Positions 6,490 to 15,322 of a stretch of 64,000 bases of DNA are shown in pieces. Position 1 is the first letter of the stretch. Each line of letters begins with the position of its first letter. The translations under genes and the position numbers were made by a program. Location: IMG/VR virus record IMGVR_UViG_3300035183_000733, positions 309,760 to 373,759 of that record; one strand, 5' to 3'. The notes below the pieces were generated by a model. The model saw nothing but the letters and a program-made list of their open reading frames with translations. It searched no databases and was not told the origin of the DNA.

Positions 6490-6712
6490 TACACAGGTGA
6501 GCTGGGTTGTTTTTATTTCTTCTTAGCCCGTGTTATATTTTCGGTTGCTTTTCGCAACTGGAATATAACGGTCGGGTGTTTATGAAGTTGGGGCATTCAA
6601 GGCTCTAATGTTCATACAACCACCGAAGTAAAATAGTAGCACAAAGGCTGAGTGCTTAGTTATCAGCCCTAAGCCCTAATTTTGTTAGCGGTTCGTGGTA
6701 GTTGTAAAAAAA

Positions 6713-6744
6713 TTTGGTTGTTACGATATTTATACGTATCTTTG
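6713..6744 (+). promoter_or_regulatory. Bacteroidota sigma-70-type promoter
   Basis: TTTG (6713-6716), 20-nt spacer, TATCTTTG (6737-6744) = -33/-7 consensus. Confidence 0.75.
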
Positions 6745-6748
6745 TCGT

Positions 6749-6988
6749 ATGGAAAATATAAAAGTAAAAAATTTGAAACGTGGTTATGGTGTAAACCATT
6801 CAAAACATGGCTACATTCAATATCGTGGACTTGCAACAAAACACCCTTATACAGATGAGCCAAAAGTACCACATAGATATGTATTTTGGCCTGCAATAGA
6901 TGAAGACGGTAAAGCATTGCCTGATGTTGTTTTGACAGATGGTAATGAAATTGTTGAACTGGTTGATAAATATGAGGAGGTGGAATGA
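6749..6988 (+). CDS. Hypothetical protein (MENIKVKNLKRG...)
   Basis: ATG just downstream of the promoter; AT-rich. Confidence 0.6.
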   Translation: MENIKVKNLKRGYGVNHSKHGYIQYRGLATKHPYTDEPKVPHRYVFWPAIDEDGKALPDVVLTDGNEIVELVDKYEEVE

Positions 6989-7374
6989 GAATAGAAATTA
7001 ACCTTATAGACATGAAGAACGCTCAAGGACAAATTGACAGGAAAGGCAGGAACACAATGAACATGAAGAGACTACGCGAGCTGAAGGATCAGTTCGTGAC
7101 AGAGAATTACGGCAATGACAGCATGACGAGCGATGTGGTGGCGGTGGCGGCCATAGACAAGTTCTTTAATTTCGTGAAGGCAAAGGAGAAGGAATGTAGG
7201 GCCAACGATTTCAAGCCGGACCCGTCCCCAATGATCGGAACCAACCCGTTCCGCAAGGACGCTGTTAGCGACGGTGACCACCTTTTTATACCCCCGACGG
7301 AAACGGACCGTGGTTCCATGGACGAACGTTTTAACCGCCTGCTCAACTACAGGGTTGAGACCTCGGTGGAATAA
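6985..7374 (+). CDS. Hypothetical protein
   Basis: ATGA overlap; 129 aa. Confidence 0.6.
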   Translation: MRIEINLIDMKNAQGQIDRKGRNTMNMKRLRELKDQFVTENYGNDSMTSDVVAVAAIDKFFNFVKAKEKECRANDFKPDPSPMIGTNPFRKDAVSDGDHLFIPPTETDRGSMDERFNRLLNYRVETSVE

Positions 7375-7397
7375 ATATCCAGATAAATAGATTAAGA

Positions 7398-7478
7398 GGT
7401 GACCGAAGGGGAGCATGCTTCCCTGGCAAATATCCGAGCGCGTCCTCGCCTTAAGTCCGTAAATAGGGGCTGGTCACC
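7398..7478 (+). ncRNA. Putative structured RNA directly upstream of tRNA-Thr(CGT)
   Basis: GGTGACC/GGTCACC closing stem, AGGGGAGC/GCTTCCCT hairpin. Confidence 0.45.
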
Positions 7479-7483
7479 AACTT

Positions 7484-7559
7484 GCCGATGTAGTTCAGCT
7501 GGTAGAACGTCGGTATCGTAAACCGAAAGTCGCAGGTTCGAATCCTGTCATCGGCTCCA
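7484..7559 (+). tRNA. tRNA-Thr(CGT)
   Basis: Canonical cloverleaf; TCGGT-ATCGTAA-ACCGA; encoded CCA. Confidence 0.95.
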
Positions 7560-7573
7560 AAAATTATTACGGT

Positions 7574-7699
7574 ATGGAGTTCAAGGAGCTGGAGATAATA
7601 AAGATTGAGACGGAGGATCGGTTCTTCGTCACCGACCAGGGTGAGCTCGGTATAGAAATGCAGATAACAGTGCTGCCGAGTGGCAGCGTGATTGAATAA
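7574..7699 (+). CDS. Small hypothetical protein (41 aa)
   Basis: MEFKELEIIKIETEDRFFVTDQG... with coding-like usage. Confidence 0.45.
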   Translation: MEFKELEIIKIETEDRFFVTDQGELGIEMQITVLPSGSVIE

Positions 7700-7714
7700 C
7701 AAAAACAAAAAGCC

Positions 7715-8306
7715 ATGAAAAAAGAATCGGTAGTTCTTGAGATACGTGCGGCGGCCGGTAGAGATGATGCAAAACTTCTTGTAGAAGAAATGACGTCTAT
7801 TTATCGCAAAGCCGCCATCTGGCTCTCACCGTTGGACTCGAATACCCCCTACGGAGAAGAGAGGCAGGGTCCAGACGAGCATCGTCACGGTGGCAGTCAT
7901 GGACGATAAACCACAACAAAACTTCGTGCTAAACCGCAACGACGTCGACCGCAAGTACTGCAGGTCTGGCGGCAAGGGCGGGCAAAAGGTGAACAAGGTC
8001 GAGACTTGCGTCGTGCTCACGCATATTCCGTCCAGCATGCAGGTCAGGTCGGAGGAGCACAGGACGCGCGAGAAGAACGAGGCCGCGGCCTGGGAACGCC
8101 TGGAGGACAAGCTGCGGGCCATCCACGACAACGGGGAGGGCCGCAAGATCCAGGGCATCCGCAACTCGCAGATAGGCACCGGAGAGCGCAACGACAAGCG
8201 CAGGACCTACCGGGACCAGGACGGCTACGTCATCGACCACGTCACAGGGAAACGGATTACGATGAAGGACCTGTATAAGGGGAACATCGGAGGTCTCCAC
8301 GTGTAA
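7715..8306 (+). pseudogene. RF1-like class I peptide release factor homologue (no N-terminal domain), split by deletion plus frameshift near 7815
   Basis: Frame 2: VVLEIRAAAGRDDAKLL; frame 3: SGSHRWTRIPPTEKRGRVQTSIVTVAV, SGGKGGQKVNK (GGQ at 7977-7985), GERNDKRRTY. Confidence 0.85.
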
Positions 8307-8313
8307 AAGTATT

Positions 8314-8580
8314 ATGGATATAGAGATGGTTTACATACAGCACTGCGACCTGCCGGAGTGCGCGCTCGGGACTGCCGAGTGGGACTGCCCGAGTTGTGGA
8401 GGACACAACATCGAGTACGACGATTTCTTTTACGAGGAGTACGAAAAGGAACACAAGGGTGAGCTTTGCTGCGATTGGTGCCGGGCAGAATTTGAAGTTG
8501 AGAAAAAAGAATACGGTATTTACAATATTAAAAAGGAGGTAAACAATGAGCAATTGGAAAGTAATAAAGACAAAGATTGA
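8314..8580 (+). CDS. Hypothetical Zn-finger protein
   Basis: CPSCG and CDWC motifs. Confidence 0.6.
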   Translation: MDIEMVYIQHCDLPECALGTAEWDCPSCGGHNIEYDDFFYEEYEKEHKGELCCDWCRAEFEVEKKEYGIYNIKKEVNNEQLESNKDKD

Positions 8581-9625
8581 GGTGTTCGATCACCCGGATG
8601 CGGCGAAACTGCAAATCGGAAAGATTGGCACATACCAGGTAGTTGTGCAGAAGGGACTGTACAACGGTGGTGAGGACGTGGTATTCGCTCCCGAGAAGTC
8701 CATCCTGAACGGTGAGCTTGAGAAGGAGTACAAGAACTACCTGCACGGTCCTGATAAGAACAGGGTTGGTTCTATTCGTTTGAGAGGTGAGCTATCTTGT
8801 GGTATCATCATACCTAACGAGCTTGTGTTCGCGCAGTGCGGTAAGCACATAAGCGAGCTGCCTAACGACGAGGACCTGTCGGAGATTCTTGGTATAACCA
8901 AGTACGTGCCGAGGGTTCCTTCCGAGATGGAGGGCGTGGCGGTTCCTATCGAGTACGACAACTTCTCGATAAAGCACGACGTCGAACAGTTCGGTGTTTA
9001 CGCTGCTGACTTCGTGGACGGGGAGCGTGTCGTGATAACGGAGAAGCTGCACGGGTCGCAGCTCGTGGCATACATCTCTGTGCACAACGACAACCAGGTT
9101 AAGGCAAAGTGGGTGTCTACCAAGAACTACAACGCCGAGGGCTTGTGCCTTGTGGAGAGCGATACCAACTTCTACTGGATGGCGGTTAACGATATAGGGT
9201 TATTCTCCAACATACTGGACTTGCTGCCCAATCTGTCCGCCCTCGCCGGGCTCAGCTCCGGCGATGAGATGGTGGTGCAGGTGTTCGGTGAGGGTATTCC
9301 TTGTCAGGCCATGAAGTATGGTTTCGTCAACCCGACTATGAAGATATTCGGTGTGACGATAAACGGAAAGACATATCCTTACGATCAGCTTCCGGAGTAC
9401 TTCAGAAAGAATTGGGTTCCTGTTCTGTACGACGGACCTTACGAGAACGTGCCGGAGCTCAAGAAGCTTGCGCTCGGTAACGAGAAGGTGTCCGGCCAGG
9501 AGCTGCACATTAAGGAGGGCATTGTAATAACTCCTTACGAGGTGCGCAGGGCCAAGGACGGGACATGGCTGAAAGTTAAGGTGATTAACCCGAAATACAA
9601 GGAGACAGGCGAAGAATTTTCGTAA
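8546..9625 (+). CDS. ATP-dependent RNA ligase (DRB0094/Rnl2-like)
   Basis: N-terminal OB-like domain (HPDAAKLQI...RLRGELSCG), motif I TEKLHGS, motif III FGEG, motif IV KEGIVI, motif V LKVINPKY. Confidence 0.88.
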   Translation: MSNWKVIKTKIEVFDHPDAAKLQIGKIGTYQVVVQKGLYNGGEDVVFAPEKSILNGELEKEYKNYLHGPDKNRVGSIRLRGELSCGIIIPNELVFAQCGKHISELPNDEDLSEILGITKYVPRVPSEMEGVAVPIEYDNFSIKHDVEQFGVYAADFVDGERVVITEKLHGSQLVAYISVHNDNQVKAKWVSTKNYNAEGLCLVESDTNFYWMAVNDIGLFSNILDLLPNLSALAGLSSGDEMVVQVFGEGIPCQAMKYGFVNPTMKIFGVTINGKTYPYDQLPEYFRKNWVPVLYDGPYENVPELKKLALGNEKVSGQELHIKEGIVITPYEVRRAKDGTWLKVKVINPKYKETGEEFS

Positions 9626-9649
9626 ATCTACAAGGATTTAAGTGTACGT

Positions 9650-9961
9650 ATGTGTAAAGTAATAAATATAAAAGATAAAGGTGACGAATCAAATTTTGTG
9701 TATATCGGGAGACCTACAAAATTTGGCAACCCGTATTCGCACAGGGAGGGAACGCTCGCCGAGTTCAGGGTTGCGTCAAGGAAGGAAGCGCTCGAGAAGT
9801 ACGAGAAGTACCTATTATCGAATCCCTCGCTGATGGAATCCCTGCACGAACTGAAGGGAAAGACCCTGGTGTGCTGGTGCAAACCCAAGGCTTGTCATGG
9901 GGATATTTTAAAAAAATACGTGGATAAACTCGAAAAAGGTTTACCTGCGACGTTGTTCTAA
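9650..9961 (+). CDS. DUF4326 domain protein
   Basis: VYIGRPTKFGNPY, LKGKTLVCWCKPKACHGDIL. Confidence 0.9.
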   Translation: MCKVINIKDKGDESNFVYIGRPTKFGNPYSHREGTLAEFRVASRKEALEKYEKYLLSNPSLMESLHELKGKTLVCWCKPKACHGDILKKYVDKLEKGLPATLF

Positions 9962-10188
9962 AGATAAATAGATTATGAACTTTGAACCTGAATACAGGAT
10001 GGAATCGTTGACGAAAAAACAATATGAGCGCGCTATCAAATCAAAGTGGCGTAGACTGCGTTTTTGCGCGCGACTTCGTATTGCGTATCGCTCACTGGGG
10101 GCGGCGCACGATCTATCGGTCACACCCGATAGGAATATAAGAGGGTAGGAGAGACCCTCGAATTTCTCTCCAAAACAAGCATAGGAAT

Positions 10189-10704
10189 ATGAAAGTGTTT
10201 AAGAAGTTTGGAGAGGAGCAAGTGCCGGATCTGGCAGCATACGTCAAGGACTACGTATCTCTCCACAAGGATGTAACAATAATGGTAGGCTGTGACGCGG
10301 CCGATTCTGGATGGTACCTGAGGTACTGTACTGTCGTTCTATTGCGCCACGAGGGCAAGGGAGCGCACTTTTTGTTTTACAAGGATTCGGTCAAGAAGAG
10401 TTCGCCTAAGAAGCTGCAGACTCCAGACGAGATATTCATGAAGATCTGGGGCGAGGTGGAGCGTATATTTGAAGTGGCCGAGTACCTCGAGACAGAGCTG
10501 ACGAAGTCTGGCGTGTACGAGTATGCACGTAAGCCGGGGTACAAGTTGGTCGAAACCCACGTCGACATCAACCCGGACCCGCACGAGGGCTCGCACCTGG
10601 TGTACAACGCCGCCACTGGATTCTTCTCCGGTTCGGGTTACATCGTCAAGGCCAAGCCTTGGGCATGGGCCTCGACTTGCGCAGCTGACATGCTGCTCAG
10701 GTAG
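10189..10704 (+). CDS. RNase H-like YkuK (DUF458) family protein
   Basis: IMVGCD, YCTVVLL...GKGAH, ETHVDIN, KAKPWAWASTCAAD. Confidence 0.8.
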   Translation: MKVFKKFGEEQVPDLAAYVKDYVSLHKDVTIMVGCDAADSGWYLRYCTVVLLRHEGKGAHFLFYKDSVKKSSPKKLQTPDEIFMKIWGEVERIFEVAEYLETELTKSGVYEYARKPGYKLVETHVDINPDPHEGSHLVYNAATGFFSGSGYIVKAKPWAWASTCAADMLLR

Positions 10705-10747
10705 GATATATGCCTCCATGCTTAGGTCATGCATAAATCGACCGGCA

Positions 10748-10778
10748 GCCCCCGCACTATCGCGGGGTTTTTATTTTC
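10748..10778 (+). terminator. Intrinsic terminator
   Basis: CCCCGC-ACTATC-GCGGGG plus T tract. Confidence 0.8.
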
Positions 10779-10783
10779 AGAAT

Positions 10784-10951
10784 ATGGAGTTCTACTGCGA
10801 TAACAAGAGACACCTGGTGTTGTCGTACAGCATAGAGAACCTTCACAAGATGGCTGAGGATCTCAATATAAAGCGCTGCTGGTTCCACAAGCAGATAGCC
10901 CATATAATAGGACACTATTGCCTGAGAAATGTTGGAAATTTCTTCGGGTAG
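10784..10951 (+). CDS. Small DUF4031-like protein, probably degraded at the C terminus
   Basis: YCDNKRHLV...SIENLHKMAEDLNIKRCWFHK. Confidence 0.5.
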   Translation: MEFYCDNKRHLVLSYSIENLHKMAEDLNIKRCWFHKQIAHIIGHYCLRNVGNFFG

Positions 10952-10977
10952 TTGTATTATAGTTCCCAGGAAGTTGC

Positions 10978-10985
10978 TATCTTTG
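10978..10985 (+). promoter_or_regulatory. Bacteroidota-type -7 element
   Basis: TATCTTTG 30 nt upstream of ATG 11015. Confidence 0.65.
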
Positions 10986-11014
10986 TTATGTTAATCAATT
11001 AAAACAATTAAAAC

Positions 11015-11896
11015 ATGACAAGAACAATGGAAATAGCGTTGACACCAGCGCACGAAAAAGTAGTCGGCAAATTAGCAGCCAACGAGCCTTACAATAAGAA
11101 GGCAATCCTCGACAGAACAGCGATGATCTCTGTTAAGAAGGAAGGCGGAGTAATCGTTACCCGCGACAAGGGCAACATCGTATCTAAGTTCCGCCCGAGC
11201 AAGATCTACGAAATCGTAGACTTCAATGATGCGGTAAAAACTTTGCTGTCGGTTATTGACGGCATATTCAACCCTGAGTTCTACAACATCACGGTTAAAG
11301 CCGGGTACCAGGAGCTTAAGCTTCGCGGCAAGTCGCACAAGATCAACGGGGACGTGTTCCACGAGATGGTGTGGTTGACAAACAGCACCGACGGTACAAA
11401 GCGTCTTTCAATCCGTTATGGATTGATGCGCCAGTGGTGCTCTAACGGTGCGGTGATGACTTACAAGGGATCATCGTTCCGGGTGAAACACCTGACGACT
11501 AATAACGTTAACGAGGAATTGAAGGCGTTCATGCTGCAATTGCCTAAGCTTGACGTTACAAAAACAATCAAGCGCTTAAAAAGCATTGGTGGCAAAACCA
11601 TCACGGTGCGCGAGTTGTCCGACTCGTTGGTAAACAAAATCGGCAAGAAGGGCAACGATACCATTTGGAAGTTGCTTGTCGACAAGATGGCCTCTTCGAA
11701 GACCGACAGAATCGGCACCAAGGAGGACGCGCTCATCACAGGCATCAAAGTACCTTTCAATGAAATGACCAAAGAAACGCTGGACACTCCATTGGACAGC
11801 TGGAAGGTATTCAACTGCTACACCGAGCTTTGGAGAAGCTTGGACGCAGGGGAGATCGAGCGCGAGACCAACAAGATCCTTGAAATCCTTAACTAA
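11015..11896 (+). CDS. DUF932-family protein
   Basis: LTNSTDG...YGLMRQWCSNG...HLT motif. Confidence 0.7.
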   Translation: MTRTMEIALTPAHEKVVGKLAANEPYNKKAILDRTAMISVKKEGGVIVTRDKGNIVSKFRPSKIYEIVDFNDAVKTLLSVIDGIFNPEFYNITVKAGYQELKLRGKSHKINGDVFHEMVWLTNSTDGTKRLSIRYGLMRQWCSNGAVMTYKGSSFRVKHLTTNNVNEELKAFMLQLPKLDVTKTIKRLKSIGGKTITVRELSDSLVNKIGKKGNDTIWKLLVDKMASSKTDRIGTKEDALITGIKVPFNEMTKETLDTPLDSWKVFNCYTELWRSLDAGEIERETNKILEILN

Positions 11897-11904
11897 GTAA
11901 TAAC

Positions 11905-11933
11905 GGAGGGGGTGGAAGTCCCCCTCCATTTTT
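11905..11933 (+). terminator. Intrinsic terminator
   Basis: GGAGGGGG/CCCCCTCC stem followed by ATTTTT. Confidence 0.75.
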
Positions 11934-12164
11934 AATACGCCAATGAAAAAACAAACCATAGGAGAGCCAAGGCCGACCTCCACAATGAAAGAACTATTTG
12001 TGACATCGACTTAAAGGTCACGGAAAGAGGTACTAAAGGGCGGCATCTACAAGATGGGCTCGAACATATTCAAGCTCTCCCATTGGAATGATACGCGCGA
12101 AAATGAGGCGTGGATGTCTCCATCATAAAAATCATAAACGTACGTACGATAAATAGAAGTCCAG

Positions 12165-12680
12165 ATGATCTGGGCTTTTTATTACCCCAGAGTCAAAGAA
12201 CATCCAGGCCAGCATCATGATGGACCTGTACCTCAAGGGGTATTCGCCGATAGTAGCGAATTTCACGTGTCAGGGCTTGTCCGAGTGCGAAAGATAAGCA
12301 GGTCTGACTTCAGGAAGGATTTCGAGAAAGAACACAAGCACAAATTGCTACTGGCGCGCAAAGCCACAAAGACATACAGCAAATGTGTTCGCGGGAAGAA
12401 GACCGACGAAACAGAAACGTACGTGCTCATACCCAACTACTTCACGTACCTCGTTCCAGAGGGCCTGGTCAAGGTAGAGGAGGTTCCTGAGTACGCAGGT
12501 CTGCTGTACGTCCTATCCGACTACAAGGGTTCTACTGGGCGAAGAAACCACCACCTAAGCTGCACGACAACCGGATGGACGATAAGATGCTGCGCGCGAT
12601 AGCGCACAACCTCATGTGCAAGTTAATTTTCGGCAGCTCGTACCAGACCTATATCAATAAGAATAATAGCGTCATAGATG
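12165..12680 (+). pseudogene. MmcB-like / PD-(D/E)xK putative nuclease gene with at least two frameshifts and a deletion
   Basis: IMMDLYLKGYSPIVANFTCQGLSEC, then KISRSDFRKDF...PNYFTYLVP...VPEYAGLLYV, then FYWAKKPPPKLH...MDDKML, each in a different frame. Confidence 0.65.
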
Positions 12681-12698
12681 GATATATAAATAAAACGG

Positions 12699-12882
12699 AT
12701 GATGACTTTCCAGATATTCTCAATGAACGAGGCACAGAGCTTCGCTCCGGAGGAGCTGAAAGACAAGATTCGAGGATCTGAAGGAACCCAAAGTATTCTT
12801 CGAGACGATCAAGAACATATTCTTGATATATCCTCTGATGAAACTTGTTAACATACTTGAAAATGCAAGGAACATATCATAA
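12699..12882 (+). pseudogene. Small late gene with a 1-nt frameshift
   Basis: MMTFQIFSMNEAQSFAPEELKDK continues as FEDLKEPKVFFETIKNIFL...NIS* in another frame; preceded by GATATATAA (12681). Confidence 0.45.
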
Positions 12883-13376
12883 TGAGACAATATGGATGTG
12901 TTATGTTAAACGTCCCCTTGAGGGGATGGTCCGAGGTACTAATGCACGTAGATCAAGACGATGTTTACGATCCGGACGGTGACCATGGGCTTAGCTTATA
13001 TCCTCACATAACAGTCCTATACGGCGTGCACCAAGTGGAGAATCCGCTCGACATGATGCTGTATCTGGATACTATATGCAGGCAGACAGAAATAGAGTTC
13101 TTGCCGGTCAGTTTGTTCGACTCGGACCCGAGGTTCGACGTGCTGAAGTTCGGCGTTAACTGTAAGGTTTTGCACACGTACCACGACAAGATAAAGAAGA
13201 AGTTCCCATGCACAATCGACCATGAGTATAATCCTCACATGACGATAGCATATATAAATAAAGGCACAGGATGGAAGTACAGTAATCTTGCATTCAGTAT
13301 GCCTAAAATTACTATAGATTTGATGCGGTTCACGAATGCGGACGGTCACGAAACACTAATAAAATTGAAGCCATGA
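12882..13376 (+). CDS. 2H phosphoesterase (Acb1/T4 gp57B-like)
   Basis: Two HxT motifs: YPHITV and YNPHMTIAY. Confidence 0.8.
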   Translation: MRQYGCVMLNVPLRGWSEVLMHVDQDDVYDPDGDHGLSLYPHITVLYGVHQVENPLDMMLYLDTICRQTEIEFLPVSLFDSDPRFDVLKFGVNCKVLHTYHDKIKKKFPCTIDHEYNPHMTIAYINKGTGWKYSNLAFSMPKITIDLMRFTNADGHETLIKLKP

Positions 13377-14197
13377 GTAAAGAGAAAGATGTTCAGGAGA
13401 AGATCAAGGCGAACCTTGAGGCCATCATGAACAACATGGGGGTCAACACCACGCCCAAGTCGCCGGCGAATGCCAACCCGAACTCGGTCGCGGTCAAGCA
13501 GGTCAAGGGTATGGACCTTGACGGAGATCCGGACGGTACGCTCGACAAGATTGACCACCCGAACTCCGAGCCCATGAACATACATGCCGAGCGCGTGCAG
13601 CTGGAGAAGGAGGCTAAGAAGGTGCTCAACTCGGTCATGAAGTTCTACGTTGACCAGAAGTACATAAAGAAGAACGACTACGTTCTCGCCAAGAAGAAGA
13701 TAGACGAGATGGCGCTGTCGTCGATAATGTTCTCCCTGAAGTTCACGCAGCTGGCCATGATAAAGCTGCTCGAGGACATAGACATGGGCAACACGCACCC
13801 GAGAAATTTCGAGGCGCTCGCCACGCTCAACAATCAGTTGATGTCGACAATCAAGCACCAGGCCGCATACATGGTAACTCTCGAGGAGGGTTACAAGAAG
13901 CAGCAGCACGACAATACTGTGGTTGAGGAGATGCGCAATGCCAAACCACAGGAGGAAACTATAGACAAGCTTGACGGACCGGTGAAGGTAAGGGGCACGA
14001 AGAACCTCATGGAGACCATACAGACCAAGCTTATCGAGGACGCCAAGTTCGAATACAAGAAGGAGGAGAAACCGCGCCTGACCGATCCTGGAGCAAGGCC
14101 AGTCAACCCTCTGGCTGACGTAACACCGAAGGACAAGGACGCAAATAAGAACGAAGACGAGGACCACTTTGATTTAGATGATGAATACTTCGGATAA
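13373..14197 (+). CDS. Terminase small subunit (T4 gp16-like), probable
   Basis: HPRNFEALATLNNQL resembles the gp16 PR-x-x-EV-x-ATL motif; upstream of terminase genes. Confidence 0.65.
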   Translation: MSKEKDVQEKIKANLEAIMNNMGVNTTPKSPANANPNSVAVKQVKGMDLDGDPDGTLDKIDHPNSEPMNIHAERVQLEKEAKKVLNSVMKFYVDQKYIKKNDYVLAKKKIDEMALSSIMFSLKFTQLAMIKLLEDIDMGNTHPRNFEALATLNNQLMSTIKHQAAYMVTLEEGYKKQQHDNTVVEEMRNAKPQEETIDKLDGPVKVRGTKNLMETIQTKLIEDAKFEYKKEEKPRLTDPGARPVNPLADVTPKDKDANKNEDEDHFDLDDEYFG

Positions 14198-14308
14198 AAT
14201 ACCTTGCGAAGTGCGGAACCACCGTGCATGTCGGGATCGCCTTCCAGAGCCACGGAGACGATGCCATGCACTTGTGCCTGAGATGTCTATATGTAATTAC
14301 TGTAAAAA

Positions 14309-15058
14309 ATGAAGCACCTGAGGGACATAAACGAGTTCAGGAGTTTCGATAATTCTAAGGTATCGAAGAACGGACAACTATTGACCGTGTATCACGGCAC
14401 CAATTCCAAGTTCGACAAGTTCGACGCCTCATATATGGGGCAGACCGACGAGGGTTATTATGGACGAGGGTTCTATTTCACCATTGACAAGGACTATGCC
14501 CGCGAGTACGGATCACGCGTCATCGAGGCAAACCTCGATGTTAAAAACCCGTTCTATCTTCGCACATGGTCGATGCTTGGCAGCTACGAGGAGATTTACC
14601 TAAGAGAGGATCTATCCAAACTCAAAGGCGTGCCGTCGTACTTCAAGCCGAACAAGGAGATTCCCGAAGGATTTGAACTGACCGTACGCGATACAAACCA
14701 CGACGAAGTGGTCGAGATAGCAGTTGTTCCCAAAAAAGAACTGTGGGGCACTGACGACGAGGTGTACGGTCCGAGCATCTATCTGAAAAAGGAAGATGCT
14801 GCCAAGAAGGACATACTTGAAGGGTACAAGGAGCTTGCTGTGGTGCGATTCAACGATATGAGGGCCGACGTTGAATTTGACGGTGGCCTCGCCAACTGGG
14901 TTATCCAAAAGCTCGGCCGCTGGAACTTTCACGAATTACTACAGAAGAACGGATACGACGGGATCTTCGTCGTCGGCAAGGACGGAGACAAGACGCCGAT
15001 AGACGAGGTGTCCGAGATAGTCGTATGGGACCCATCCCAAATACAAATAATAAAGTGA
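14309..15058 (+). CDS. ADP-ribosyltransferase-like protein (ART-PolyVal type) with MKHL N-terminal motif
   Basis: VYHGTNSKFDKF, YYGRGFYFT, A-x-x-Y-G, LDVKNPF, GYDGI, EIVVW. Confidence 0.7.
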   Translation: MKHLRDINEFRSFDNSKVSKNGQLLTVYHGTNSKFDKFDASYMGQTDEGYYGRGFYFTIDKDYAREYGSRVIEANLDVKNPFYLRTWSMLGSYEEIYLREDLSKLKGVPSYFKPNKEIPEGFELTVRDTNHDEVVEIAVVPKKELWGTDDEVYGPSIYLKKEDAAKKDILEGYKELAVVRFNDMRADVEFDGGLANWVIQKLGRWNFHELLQKNGYDGIFVVGKDGDKTPIDEVSEIVVWDPSQIQIIK

Positions 15059-15322
15059 CATGGCAGATAATAATTGGCATGATAAGAGATATAGATTTTG
15101 ATGATAATTTAACCATAGAACATCTATGGGGAGGGAATTTGTAGATCCACTTCGCCAAGGCAGTGACGTGACGCATATCGGGTCTCTCGACATGTTGTTC
15201 CTGACATGGATAATAACGGAGGAGCTCAAGTACGGAGCGCTCGTGAGTGGGTTCGAGACTATAAAATAATACTATCTATGTGCACGAGCGCGTATGGTAC
15301 AAAATAAACTGGGGAATCAAAC

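Noticed and set aside
7398-7483. HDV-like theta ribozyme (contains TCCTCGC resembling HDV L3)
   Set aside because: No P3 around TCCTCGC, and no GG, P4, J4/2 or P2 3' strand after the closing helix; the element lies 5', not 3', of the tRNA
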